Source of the DNA: Candidatus Omnitrophota bacterium
Lineage (GTDB): Bacteria; Omnitrophota; Omnitrophia; Omnitrophales; JACQLI01
DNA length: 64,000 nucleotides
Assembly: GCA_016179745.1 (NCBI GenBank)
Contig: JACPCP010000013.1
Coordinates: 35,344-99,343, forward strand
Reading direction: 5' to 3'
Part shown: piece by piece, positions 41,807-50,369 of the stretch
Position numbering within the stretch: the first letter of the stretch is position 1
Layout of the letters: the number at the start of each line of letters is the position of its first letter
The notes under the pieces: model-generated
Database searches by the model: none
What the model saw: only the letters and a program-made list of their open reading frames with translations
What the model was told of the DNA's origin: nothing
Made by a program: the position numbers and the translations under genes

Positions 41807-43004
41807 AGTGAAAATACTTGTCGTAGGCGCTCGCCGGCAGAAGATTGGTTTGGCTTAAAAATCTTACGAGAGGCCGGAGTTTCTTTATCAGGCTGTAATG
41901 ATTGGGGTAATCATGGAATGTTTTCGGCGGTAAAGATAAGAACATGCTGAGCTCCGTCCGGGTGATGCCGAGCCGCTTCACACAAAGATCCAAGATCTTT
42001 GGATCTTCGATACTATAGACCTCTTTGACACGCCGAAGGGCTTCCGGCCTTTCCATTTGTCCGGAACGGACTAACGCAGAGTAGAAATAAAGCCTCCGGT
42101 CAATCTTGAACTTCACCCGAAGAATATAAGTCATCAGGCTTTGATAGAGATCGTCAAAATATTTCGCCCCCGGATACACCCAATCCAGCTCGCTTTCCAG
42201 AATCTTCTCGACCTCGGAAATCACATACCTGACATAATAGAGAAACGATATCACTCGAAGTCGGCGCCAGAGGGTGTAATAAAACATATGGAACACGGTC
42301 AGGTTGAATCCTGGATCGTCGGGGGTCCACTTCCTGAGAGGGATGGTTCCAAACAAACGATGGACGGCCTTCAAATATTTCCCGTCCAGGTAATTCCATG
42401 AAAGCGGGGCAATCCCTTCGGTTCTGAACGACCGGCCGAGAAAAATATACTTGATGTTTTCCCTGGCGGCCCGGCCGTAAAGGGCAGTGGCAATACCAAC
42501 GTCTGTCCCCTGCTCCAGATCCGGGGTGGAGGCCTTCAAGAATGAGAGCTTTAAATCCTTTGATTCCCTCCAATCGGAGGTAATCGTCCTCAAATCCACG
42601 CCCAGTTTTTCTGTGGCCCGGATCATATTTTCTCCGGCGACAGGATTCCCGAACCCATCGTTGAAATGAACCGCCAAAGGCCTCAATCCATAAACCTTTT
42701 TGGCCAGGTAGAGGGTATACGTGCTGTCCCGCCCCCCGCTGACTCCAATAATACAGTCATACTTCCTGCGTTTTCCTCGATGCTTAATCCGCTGCATGAG
42801 AAGGGTTAGGGATTCCTTCCCCCTGGCGTCCAAGGGATACCGTTCCTCGAGTCCGTCGTGAACCTTGCAGAAATTGCATTCGCCATTCTCATCAAAAACC
42901 ACACCGGAAACGGTCGTATCCATAATGCAACGGCCGCAAATCCGATATCCCGGTTTTTGTTCTTTGCAGGACTCAAACTTTTCCTGATCCAGGTTCAAAT
43001 CCAT
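41796..43004 (-). CDS. N-acetyl sugar amidotransferase (WbpG/WbuX family), paralog 2
   Basis: CGRCIMDTTVSGVVFDENGECNFCKVHD plus IGVSGGRDSTYTLY. Colinear with ORF 454..1722 over its full length. Confidence 0.85.
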   Translation of the reverse strand: MDLNLDQEKFESCKEQKPGYRICGRCIMDTTVSGVVFDENGECNFCKVHDGLEERYPLDARGKESLTLLMQRIKHRGKRRKYDCIIGVSGGRDSTYTLYLAKKVYGLRPLAVHFNDGFGNPVAGENMIRATEKLGVDLRTITSDWRESKDLKLSFLKASTPDLEQGTDVGIATALYGRAARENIKYIFLGRSFRTEGIAPLSWNYLDGKYLKAVHRLFGTIPLRKWTPDDPGFNLTVFHMFYYTLWRRLRVISFLYYVRYVISEVEKILESELDWVYPGAKYFDDLYQSLMTYILRVKFKIDRRLYFYSALVRSGQMERPEALRRVKEVYSIEDPKILDLCVKRLGITRTELSMFLSLPPKTFHDYPNHYSLIKKLRPLVRFLSQTNLLPASAYDKYFHCGN

Positions 43005-43013
43005 GGGGAATTA

Positions 43014-43155
43014 AAATCAAAACCCAGCTTTTTTAACCTCTCTCCGATGGCCGTTCCTTTTTCCAACCGATCAGGCACCGAGATATCCGCTATGACAAGG
43101 TCGCCCGCAAATTCATTGAATTTCCCACGGGCCACAACACCCTTTTTATCCACCG
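43014..43155 (-). pseudogene. Orphan copy of the 3' end (last ~47 codons) of the CN-hydrolase gene
   Basis: By manual alignment to 46252..46393, 7 mismatches fall in the ~133-nt core. It would encode VDKKGVVARGKFNEFAGDLVIADISVPDRLEKGTAIGERLKKLG. There is no start codon and an upstream in-frame stop. Confidence 0.8.
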
Positions 43156-43179
43156 TCGCATCTATGAATCCTGTCTTCC

Positions 43180-44541
43180 TCAGACTATTTTGAATTTACA
43201 GAAAGCGTAAGCACTCATTTTAAAAAGAAGACCGGCATGGAAAAAGCGGCGGATGTTGGTCTGCCCGTAAGAGCGTGCCCGGTAACGGATCGGGATCTCG
43301 AGAATTTTCAAGTGAAGTTTGGCGGCACCGAAAATCAGATCAAAATCTCCAAAAGGATCAAAATCACCGAAAAATTTCCTTCCCTCCTGAACCTTCTTGT
43401 AGTTTTTCTGTAAAAGGGCTTTTGTTCCGCAAAGCGTATCCTTAATAGGCACCTCCAAAATCCAACTGAGAAGAAGGCTGAAAAATTTATTCCCCAATAT
43501 ATTCACAAATCTCATGGAATCTTTCTCGAGCGGATAAACCAACCGGGACCCCATGACCATTTCTCCCTGTCCTTCCACAATAGCGTTATAAAACTTTGTA
43601 AGTTCCTCCGGCGGGACGGTCAGGTCGGCATCCAGTATCATCAGGATATCCCCCGTTGACTCCTCAAATCCCCTTCTGACAGCGTCTCCCTTCCCCTCTC
43701 CTCTCTGCCGGAAGGCCTTCATTTTCCATTCTCGTCCGTATTTTTCCTGAATCCTCAAAATTTCCTCCCAAGTCCCGTCTTTAGAGTGGCCTTCAACGAA
43801 AATAATTTCCGTCCCGCTCCCAAGACGTGGCATCCGTTGAATTGCCGTCTCAATATTTCCCTTTTCGTTCCGGACCGGCACCACTACCGAGACGGAAAGT
43901 TTTTCGTCCCGTTGGGAAATTAAAGGCCGTGCGACAAAATATTGAGTGAGACACAGACGGTTAATCAGAGGAAGTTTTGCAAGGAAGACATTGATGAAAT
44001 CGGTAAGCACGGGGATTTTAAACGGGAAAAGAAGCCGAAAACCATGACGAATCAACTCATGCCCCGACAAATGAAGCAGGCACTGGATATCGTAAGGTGA
44101 AAGCCAGTTTTGAATTCTTTCCTTTCTGGCTCTGTTAAATAAGCTGAGCAGCGAAAAAAAAGGAGCCCACAGATAATTCCAGTTAAAGATCACCAAACGA
44201 GTGCCCCGATGACTTTTTTGTCTCAATAGGCTAAGCACTTCCTGGATGTCGAAAATGAGGGAAAGGGAATGATCGATCACGATAAAGTCGAATGTGTTAC
44301 TGCTTTCTTTTAAATCTCTGGTTTCCTCCGGTCGCACCCATAAACAAGATCCCGATTGAAACCCACCCCGTAAATCCTCGCTTTCTTCGCCGATGAACAG
44401 AATGGAAGCTTCCGGAGGAATCATAAAGCGGCAAAAACGAAGGAAATCCTTTCGTTCGACCGATAAAGGTTGAGCCAATACAGACTCCCCCTCTTCTCGG
44501 GACAGGGATTCTTCAGTGGGAATTTTTGTAGGAATGCTCAT
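43180..44541 (-). CDS. Two-domain protein: N-terminal methyltransferase-like (degenerate motif I) domain + GT2 glycosyltransferase
   Basis: C-domain has LSVSVVVPVRNEKGNIE, IIFVEGHSKDGT, LMILDADLTVPPEEL. N-domain has ILFIGEESEDL..FDFIVIDHSL..LRQKSHRGTRLVIFNWN (MTase-like topology; SAM motif unclear). Confidence 0.7.
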   Translation of the reverse strand: MSIPTKIPTEESLSREEGESVLAQPLSVERKDFLRFCRFMIPPEASILFIGEESEDLRGGFQSGSCLWVRPEETRDLKESSNTFDFIVIDHSLSLIFDIQEVLSLLRQKSHRGTRLVIFNWNYLWAPFFSLLSLFNRARKERIQNWLSPYDIQCLLHLSGHELIRHGFRLLFPFKIPVLTDFINVFLAKLPLINRLCLTQYFVARPLISQRDEKLSVSVVVPVRNEKGNIETAIQRMPRLGSGTEIIFVEGHSKDGTWEEILRIQEKYGREWKMKAFRQRGEGKGDAVRRGFEESTGDILMILDADLTVPPEELTKFYNAIVEGQGEMVMGSRLVYPLEKDSMRFVNILGNKFFSLLLSWILEVPIKDTLCGTKALLQKNYKKVQEGRKFFGDFDPFGDFDLIFGAAKLHLKILEIPIRYRARSYGQTNIRRFFHAGLLFKMSAYAFCKFKIV

Positions 44542-45451
44542 ACCAATCGATTGTTTTTCGAAGTCCTTCTACAAAGGGAAGTTTTGCACGAAATGCAAAA
44601 AGCCTTTCGGCCCTTGAAACATCGAGCAGGCGGCGGGGCTGGCCATTCGGTTTGGTTGGGTCCCACTCGAATTTTCCGGCATACCCCATAAACTCCGAAA
44701 CTTTAAGGACCAAATCCTTAATAGAAATTTCTTGACCGCTCCCGAGGTTGACGGGTTCACCCCCTTCATACCGCTCCACGGCCAGCACAATGGCCTCAGC
44801 GGCTTCGTCCACATAAAGAAATTCCCTCGTCGCAGAACCATCCCCCCAAACCTTTATCGATTGTTTTGCGGTTGCCTTGGCCTCTGAAATCTTTCGGATG
44901 AGGGCTGGAATGACATGAGAAGAACTTGGTTCAAAATTGTCGCCGGGGCCGTAGAGGTTGACGGGGATTAAAAAAATTGAATTCATTCCATACTGTTCAC
45001 GATAGGCCTGCATTTGCACCATTAAAGCCTTTTTGGCAATTCCATAGGGGGCGTTTGTCTCCTCCGGATACCCCTCCCAAATCGATTCCTCTCGAAATGG
45101 AGCGGGACAGAATTTGGGATACGAACAAACCGTCCCGACCACGACCATCTTCCGAACCTTGGCACGACGGCAGGCTTCGATCAATTGCGCTCCCATAATC
45201 AAATTGTCATAAAACAATTCCCCCGGCCTTTCACGGTTCAAACCGATTCCACCCACCCGCCCTGCCAGGTGAATCACTAAATCCTTCCCTTGCACCGCCT
45301 GTTCCACATTCCCCCAAATCCTTAGATCGCAGTTATTGGAACGGGGAATTTCGATGGTCATTCCCGGAAACCGGCTTTTGAGGCGGGCGACAACCGCCCG
45401 TCCCAAGAATCCATTCCCTCCTGTTACCAAAGCGTGTTTAAACCCAGGCAT
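44513..45451 (-). CDS. fcl: GDP-L-fucose synthase-like (GDP-4-keto-6-deoxymannose 3,5-epimerase/4-reductase)
   Basis: ALVTGGNGFLGRAV, YGIAKKAL (YxxxK), PVNLYGPGDNFEPSSSHVIPALIRKISEAK (characteristic Fcl block), GDGSATREFLYVDE. Confidence 0.8.
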   Translation of the reverse strand: MPGFKHALVTGGNGFLGRAVVARLKSRFPGMTIEIPRSNNCDLRIWGNVEQAVQGKDLVIHLAGRVGGIGLNRERPGELFYDNLIMGAQLIEACRRAKVRKMVVVGTVCSYPKFCPAPFREESIWEGYPEETNAPYGIAKKALMVQMQAYREQYGMNSIFLIPVNLYGPGDNFEPSSSHVIPALIRKISEAKATAKQSIKVWGDGSATREFLYVDEAAEAIVLAVERYEGGEPVNLGSGQEISIKDLVLKVSEFMGYAGKFEWDPTKPNGQPRRLLDVSRAERLFAFRAKLPFVEGLRKTIDWYEHSYKNSH

Positions 45452-45454
45452 TGT

Positions 45455-46162
45455 TCATTCCCCGTTTTTCCTTTTAATGACAAGGTATTGTATCAAGCAA
45501 AGACGGTTTAAAAAAGGGATCTGGGGCATCCAAGAATTTAGAAATGAGGCCAAGAGAGGGATTCGTTTTGGAACAAACATCCGATACCCCTTTTTGACAA
45601 CCGTCAAATTAAGCTCCTCTAGCGTTTTGAGAATTTCACTCATCGAAACAAAACGGTTGGGCCCTTCGGGCATTTTCAGTCCTCGTTTTTCGGCCCATTT
45701 TAAAAAAAAATCCCACAACGGGTTCGCCGTCAAAACAATCATTTCGGAGGCCGGAGTCAAAATCTCACAGAAAGAACCAAAGGCGGCTCTTAAATCTGTA
45801 AGGTGGTCCAGCAGGTCGATAAGAATTATGAAATCGAATTGCCCTTTGACCGCTAAGTGATCACAGTCCGACACAAGGAAATGGCCGTTGGGGTGCTTCT
45901 GCCGGGCCCGACGAACCATCCCCTCACTTAAGTCAATCCCGACCCCGTGTCGAGGCCCCAAGGAAGCTAAGAGGGTCCCTGTTCCACAACCCACGTCTAA
46001 CACCCTTTTGCCGGGAGGGATTCGAGATTTCAAGAATCTTAGAATCTCCTCATAGTAATATTCATTTTTCTTTTTCCAACCATCATAGTGTTCGGCAATA
46101 TCTTCAAAATGTCGCTTAACCGCTGCTTTCTCCTTCCGATCCGTTTCGTTGATCGCATCCAT
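45455..46162 (-). CDS. Class I SAM-dependent methyltransferase
   Basis: VLDVGCGTGTL motif I, GIDLSEGMV, FDFIILIDLLDHL. GGAGG SD 7 nt upstream of ATG 46162. Confidence 0.85.
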   Translation of the reverse strand: MDAINETDRKEKAAVKRHFEDIAEHYDGWKKKNEYYYEEILRFLKSRIPPGKRVLDVGCGTGTLLASLGPRHGVGIDLSEGMVRRARQKHPNGHFLVSDCDHLAVKGQFDFIILIDLLDHLTDLRAAFGSFCEILTPASEMIVLTANPLWDFFLKWAEKRGLKMPEGPNRFVSMSEILKTLEELNLTVVKKGYRMFVPKRIPLLASFLNSWMPQIPFLNRLCLIQYLVIKRKNGE

Positions 46163-46238
46163 CTAAAGTTCCTCCACCGCATAAAGCATAGGTTTCTCGT
46201 TTTCCAAAGCGACGTTCAGGCGGTCACCCAGGTCGTGT

Positions 46239-47078
46239 TCATGAAGCGCTGAAATCGCAGCCCAGCTTTTTTAACCTCTCTCCGATGGCCGTTCCTTTTT
46301 CCAACCGGTCAGGCACCGAGATATCCGCCATGACAAGGTCTCCCGCAAATTCGTTGAACTTCCCACGGGCCACCACGCCCTTTTTATCCACCGCCAGGGA
46401 ACAACCCACCATCTTCTTTCCTTCGTAAGGGCCGCCGACAATATAGCCCACACTGGTGGCCCCCACAATCACCAGGTCATACAACCGGGCGAGAAGGGTG
46501 TAGGGCTTGATCCATTTTTCTTTATAGGGGTCTTCGGTTTCATCGATGGAATAATCCACGGTCCAAGACGATGGGGAAAGAATCAATTGCGCCCCCATTC
46601 GGGCCAGGGCGTGCCCAATCGGAAGACCATCGACATAGTTATCCGCACAGATATTGACCCCGATTTTTCCAAACTCTGTGTCGACAACGGAAAGAGATTG
46701 ACCCACAGAATAAAAAGGCTGCTCCACCGTTAGCAGATTGATTTTATGATACTTCAAAAGGATTTGACCTCCCGGATCCACCAGCAACGCCGCATTAAAC
46801 CTTTGGTCCCCCGAACGTTCCGTCAAGCCCGCACAGACATAAAGGTGAGACTCCCTTGCCAGCTCACAAATCCGATCGCTGAAACGGCCCGGGATCGGCT
46901 CAGCCCCGGAAAGACTGCTGGGATGGGTCCAGCCAAAATCCAGGGTCTCGGGAAGCAGCAAAAGATCACAGCCCTTCTCGTGGGCCTCTTTCGCCATTGT
47001 CTGGGCCCGTCCGAGATTTCTTTCCGGTTCTCCCCCTTCCACCAAAAGCTGTCCCATTCCAATCTTCAATTTTTTCAT
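46239..47078 (-). CDS. Carbon-nitrogen hydrolase (nitrilase-superfamily) protein
   Basis: Putative Glu-Lys-Cys triad contexts: LLLLPETLDFGW, LLKYHKINLL, IGVNICADN. 279 aa. TAAATG junction with the upstream gene. Confidence 0.85.
   Translation of the reverse strand: MKKLKIGMGQLLVEGGEPERNLGRAQTMAKEAHEKGCDLLLLPETLDFGWTHPSSLSGAEPIPGRFSDRICELARESHLYVCAGLTERSGDQRFNAALLVDPGGQILLKYHKINLLTVEQPFYSVGQSLSVVDTEFGKIGVNICADNYVDGLPIGHALARMGAQLILSPSSWTVDYSIDETEDPYKEKWIKPYTLLARLYDLVIVGATSVGYIVGGPYEGKKMVGCSLAVDKKGVVARGKFNEFAGDLVMADISVPDRLEKGTAIGERLKKLGCDFSAS
46252..46393 (-). repeat. Parent copy (within the intact CN-hydrolase gene) of the 142-bp segment duplicated at 43014..43155
   Basis: Direct repeat in the same orientation, about 3.2 kb apart, roughly 95% identical by manual alignment. 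Confidence 0.8.
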
Positions 47079-49373
47079 TTAGTAGACGCTGGATTCGCCC
47101 TTTTCGTTCTTTGTTTCGATCCGGATCCGGTATTCCCCGGATTGAACCCCCAGTAAAGGCGAAAGATCATCCGTCAGCCAACGGGAGCCGTCAAAAAAAA
47201 TACTGCGAGAGCCCCCGTGGTTCAGAGGAATTTCCCCATTGAGCCGGGCGTCGCCGTCATGCACGTATTTATACATTGAAATCTCCCCGGAAGAACGTTG
47301 GAATAGCGGCCCGTGAAATAGGGGCCGAGCGTTTGAAACGGCGTAATCCCCCGCTACCTCCCAGGCATTGTCCTTCAAGTGAACTGCCCTGGTGTCCTTT
47401 GAATAAAATTCAATCGTATTGAATTCCCCCTCCCGGAGAATCCCGGAGGGAAGGGGGATTGAAAACCACTGCCGCATTTCAAAGGCCTTCCGCTCCTCAT
47501 CGTTCAGAAATCTTCGGTAAAAATCCTCGCCTTCGATCAAGAAACTCGACGGGACTTCATCCTTTTGAAGGGCCCCCAGGTTTCCAATTTCTTTCCCATT
47601 GACCATGACGGCCCAGTCTAGTTTCCCCTCGGAAAGAATCAGATCGACCCGCAAAGTTTCTTCAACCGTCCTCCCAAGGCTCCCGGGAGGGATAAAGATC
47701 TCCTGACGGATCCGGAAGGCCGGGTGATCGATTCTTGCTTTCCATTCGTGCCAGCTTTCCTGACAGAGACCGTAGACCCCAAAAAGCGCCAAAAAAATTA
47801 TACCGCCCGTTAAAAGCATGCCCACAAGCCGGCGTCTTGGGAGCGCTGGGGCAAGCCACACCCCCAGCGCAATGAGGAAAGCTAAAACAGAGACCGTCTC
47901 GACCGCCAATTTTATTATCAGGAGGGATCTTCCCGTTAGCCCCGGGCTGATGAGAAGCACAGTTTCGGGGCGGGCCAGATGAAAACCAATGACCGCCGGT
48001 AAAGCCACGGCCGCCCCCATCAGGATTTTCCTCTTTGATGCAAAAAAAACCCCTCGGTTTTTCCAAAAAAAATCAACCGCATAACCCGAAAAAATTAACA
48101 CAAACGGCATGAAGGTAACATTGTAACGGGTCTCAATATGAAAAAAACAGTGGAGCAGCGTAGCATAGAAAGGCACCGAAAAATAGAGAACCGCCTTTGC
48201 CGGAAGGCCGGTTCCGGCGAGAAGAAGCCCAAAAAGGCCGAGAAGAATGAATGCTCGGTGTCCCCAAAGAAACCATTCCGAAGGAAACGCATAATACCGC
48301 CAAGGCCAGTCATACGGTTCCCACCAAAGCCTCCGCACTTTCAGAAGATAAAGCTTCAAAAATTGAGCCGGAGACTTCAAGATTTGAGCGACGGCTGCCT
48401 TCTTCAGTTCCGTATCAAGCGGCCAAGCCCTGATGCCGCCGGTTTCCAAGGCCTCGAGACCGAGTTTCTCGAGAGCCACGTTGCCCGCTTCTGAGAATCG
48501 AGCAAACACGGCCATAAAATCCGGCAGCCATCCGTCATACTCAGGGACATTGGAAAACAAAAGCGCCTTCCCTTGATCGGACATCGCAGCCACGGTGCCC
48601 GGCCTCTGGACCTGCCACGAGACGGCGGCCATCCACAAAAGATACGGGATTAAAAAAACAACAAACGTATTTCTGAGATAAACCCCGGAAAACTTCAAGC
48701 CACGCTGGAAGCGGCCCAGGCACCCCAAAATTCCAAAGAGGAAAAAGGGAAAGTAGATCAAAGACAATTTCGAAAGACTCAACAAAAAAAGCACAACTCC
48801 CGACGCCACGGAGGCCCCGAAGAAACGGCGTTGACGAAAACGGGTCATCGCCGCAAAAAAAAGAAGCAGTAAAAAGGTGGCAAGGGACTCCTGATGAATT
48901 TTTCCGGCGACAAACACAAGCGGCGGATAAACCGCCGCTAAAAATGCGGCGAGAAGCCCGGTCCTCGCTCCCCCCATATCCTTCCCCAATCCATAAACTA
49001 AAAATAGAGCCAGACTCAAAAGCAGCGCCTGGACCATGAAGACAGGAAAAGCGTTTGTTCCCGTGAACCCGGTCACAAAGGCAAGGAAAAGGGGGTAAGT
49101 CAACCCCCGTTTGAAAGCGCCCCACGGCAGAACCAGCCCGTATTTTTCAAGCAGACTCCCGGACGGGTCCGCCCGGCTCGTCAAAAGGTCCTTCAGGAGA
49201 GGCCCCCCTTGCTTTAGATAAGCCTGGATTTGAAAACCCGTCTTCCAGTAAAGACCGTCATCATCTTTGGCTTCCAGGGGCTGGCGGGGCGGAGATGTAA
49301 AGAGAAGGACAAGACGGACGGCCAATGAAAGAAGGACTACCCAGAAAATCAGAGGGACTCGCTTCTTTTCCAT
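47079..49373 (-). CDS. Large GT-C-like polytopic membrane protein with ~250-aa C-terminal extracytoplasmic domain
   Basis: 764 aa. First loop PLEAKDDDGLYWKTGFQI. About 13 TM segments. The C-terminal hydrophilic domain (residues ~520-764) has no motif I recognise. Confidence 0.6.
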   Translation of the reverse strand: MEKKRVPLIFWVVLLSLAVRLVLLFTSPPRQPLEAKDDDGLYWKTGFQIQAYLKQGGPLLKDLLTSRADPSGSLLEKYGLVLPWGAFKRGLTYPLFLAFVTGFTGTNAFPVFMVQALLLSLALFLVYGLGKDMGGARTGLLAAFLAAVYPPLVFVAGKIHQESLATFLLLLFFAAMTRFRQRRFFGASVASGVVLFLLSLSKLSLIYFPFFLFGILGCLGRFQRGLKFSGVYLRNTFVVFLIPYLLWMAAVSWQVQRPGTVAAMSDQGKALLFSNVPEYDGWLPDFMAVFARFSEAGNVALEKLGLEALETGGIRAWPLDTELKKAAVAQILKSPAQFLKLYLLKVRRLWWEPYDWPWRYYAFPSEWFLWGHRAFILLGLFGLLLAGTGLPAKAVLYFSVPFYATLLHCFFHIETRYNVTFMPFVLIFSGYAVDFFWKNRGVFFASKRKILMGAAVALPAVIGFHLARPETVLLISPGLTGRSLLIIKLAVETVSVLAFLIALGVWLAPALPRRRLVGMLLTGGIIFLALFGVYGLCQESWHEWKARIDHPAFRIRQEIFIPPGSLGRTVEETLRVDLILSEGKLDWAVMVNGKEIGNLGALQKDEVPSSFLIEGEDFYRRFLNDEERKAFEMRQWFSIPLPSGILREGEFNTIEFYSKDTRAVHLKDNAWEVAGDYAVSNARPLFHGPLFQRSSGEISMYKYVHDGDARLNGEIPLNHGGSRSIFFDGSRWLTDDLSPLLGVQSGEYRIRIETKNEKGESSVY

Positions 49374-49392
49374 TGGGGTCAGTCCTCGACGA

Positions 49393-50340
49393 TCAGAATG
49401 GGGATCCCGGGATGAGTGAAACCAGGTATTGTTTCGAGCCGCTGAGGGTTAAACGGAGAGTCATCCCGAAGTCTTTTTTCTTCCAGCACTTAAAGGCCCT
49501 CTGAAACGTCAAATAAGGTTCCAGCCGCCCTTGCTTGAAGGCCCACGCCTCTCGGACCCGTTTCTTTTTTTCCCCGGTTAAACCTTCGCCACGGTTCCAT
49601 TTTGCGTAGAGCTTTTCTTCCTGAAGCCGGGCTTTTTTTCGAAACTCCGGAGAGTCCTCCGTATTTTGGCCGGGATGTCGCCGGCGGCGGGCCAGCAACT
49701 CCGACACAAAATGAACCTTGCTTTTTAATGCGATATGCAGGAAAAGATCCGTATCTTCATGGTGATGTCCAAAAGTCTCGTCAAAGCCCTGCGTCTCGCC
49801 GTAGACCGAACGCCGGATCAACGCCACAGAAGGAACGATGCCGCACAAGGTAAAGACAGAGAGAAAGGGGGTCTCGGGTTCGTCACGCCCCAATTTCCGC
49901 AACCAAAGGCCCCAGGGGACATAACGGGCCTTTTGATCGGGATAATCAATTTGTTGTCCTTCGGAATCGATGTAGCCATATTCACACCGGGCCAATCCCA
50001 CTTCGGGCCGGGAATCCATATAGCCCACCATCTTTTCCAGCATCAGCGGTTCTAAAGTGTCATCGGCGTCGAGAAAGAGCAAATACCGGCTCATTTTCGA
50101 ACTCGTTTTAAACCCGTTATTGCGGGCAGTTGAAACCCCTTGATTTAGCTGCGACAGGAAACGAATCCGCCCGTCCCGGACCGCATGAGATCCCACCACA
50201 TCGCCCGACCGGTCCGTGCTTCCGTCATCAACAATGATATGCTCCCAATCGGTGAAGGACTGGGCGTAAACACTTTTAATGGTCTCACCGATATATTTTT
50301 CTGAATTGTAGCAGGGTGTGATCACGCTGACTTTTGGCAT
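49393..50340 (-). CDS. GT2 glycosyltransferase
   Basis: KVSVITPCYNSEKYIGETIKSVYAQSFTDWEHIIVDDGSTDRS, LFLDADDTL. Confidence 0.85.
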   Translation of the reverse strand: MPKVSVITPCYNSEKYIGETIKSVYAQSFTDWEHIIVDDGSTDRSGDVVGSHAVRDGRIRFLSQLNQGVSTARNNGFKTSSKMSRYLLFLDADDTLEPLMLEKMVGYMDSRPEVGLARCEYGYIDSEGQQIDYPDQKARYVPWGLWLRKLGRDEPETPFLSVFTLCGIVPSVALIRRSVYGETQGFDETFGHHHEDTDLFLHIALKSKVHFVSELLARRRRHPGQNTEDSPEFRKKARLQEEKLYAKWNRGEGLTGEKKKRVREAWAFKQGRLEPYLTFQRAFKCWKKKDFGMTLRLTLSGSKQYLVSLIPGSPF

Positions 50341-50369
50341 GATGGAAAGTCAGGAAGCAGGCAAAAAGT

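Noticed and set aside
44513-45451. An Fcl-like GDP-fucose synthase without a Gmd (GDP-mannose 4,6-dehydratase) partner, considered as an anomaly.
   Set aside because: Gmd may simply lie outside the window or elsewhere in the genome. Absence from a 64-kb window is not informative.
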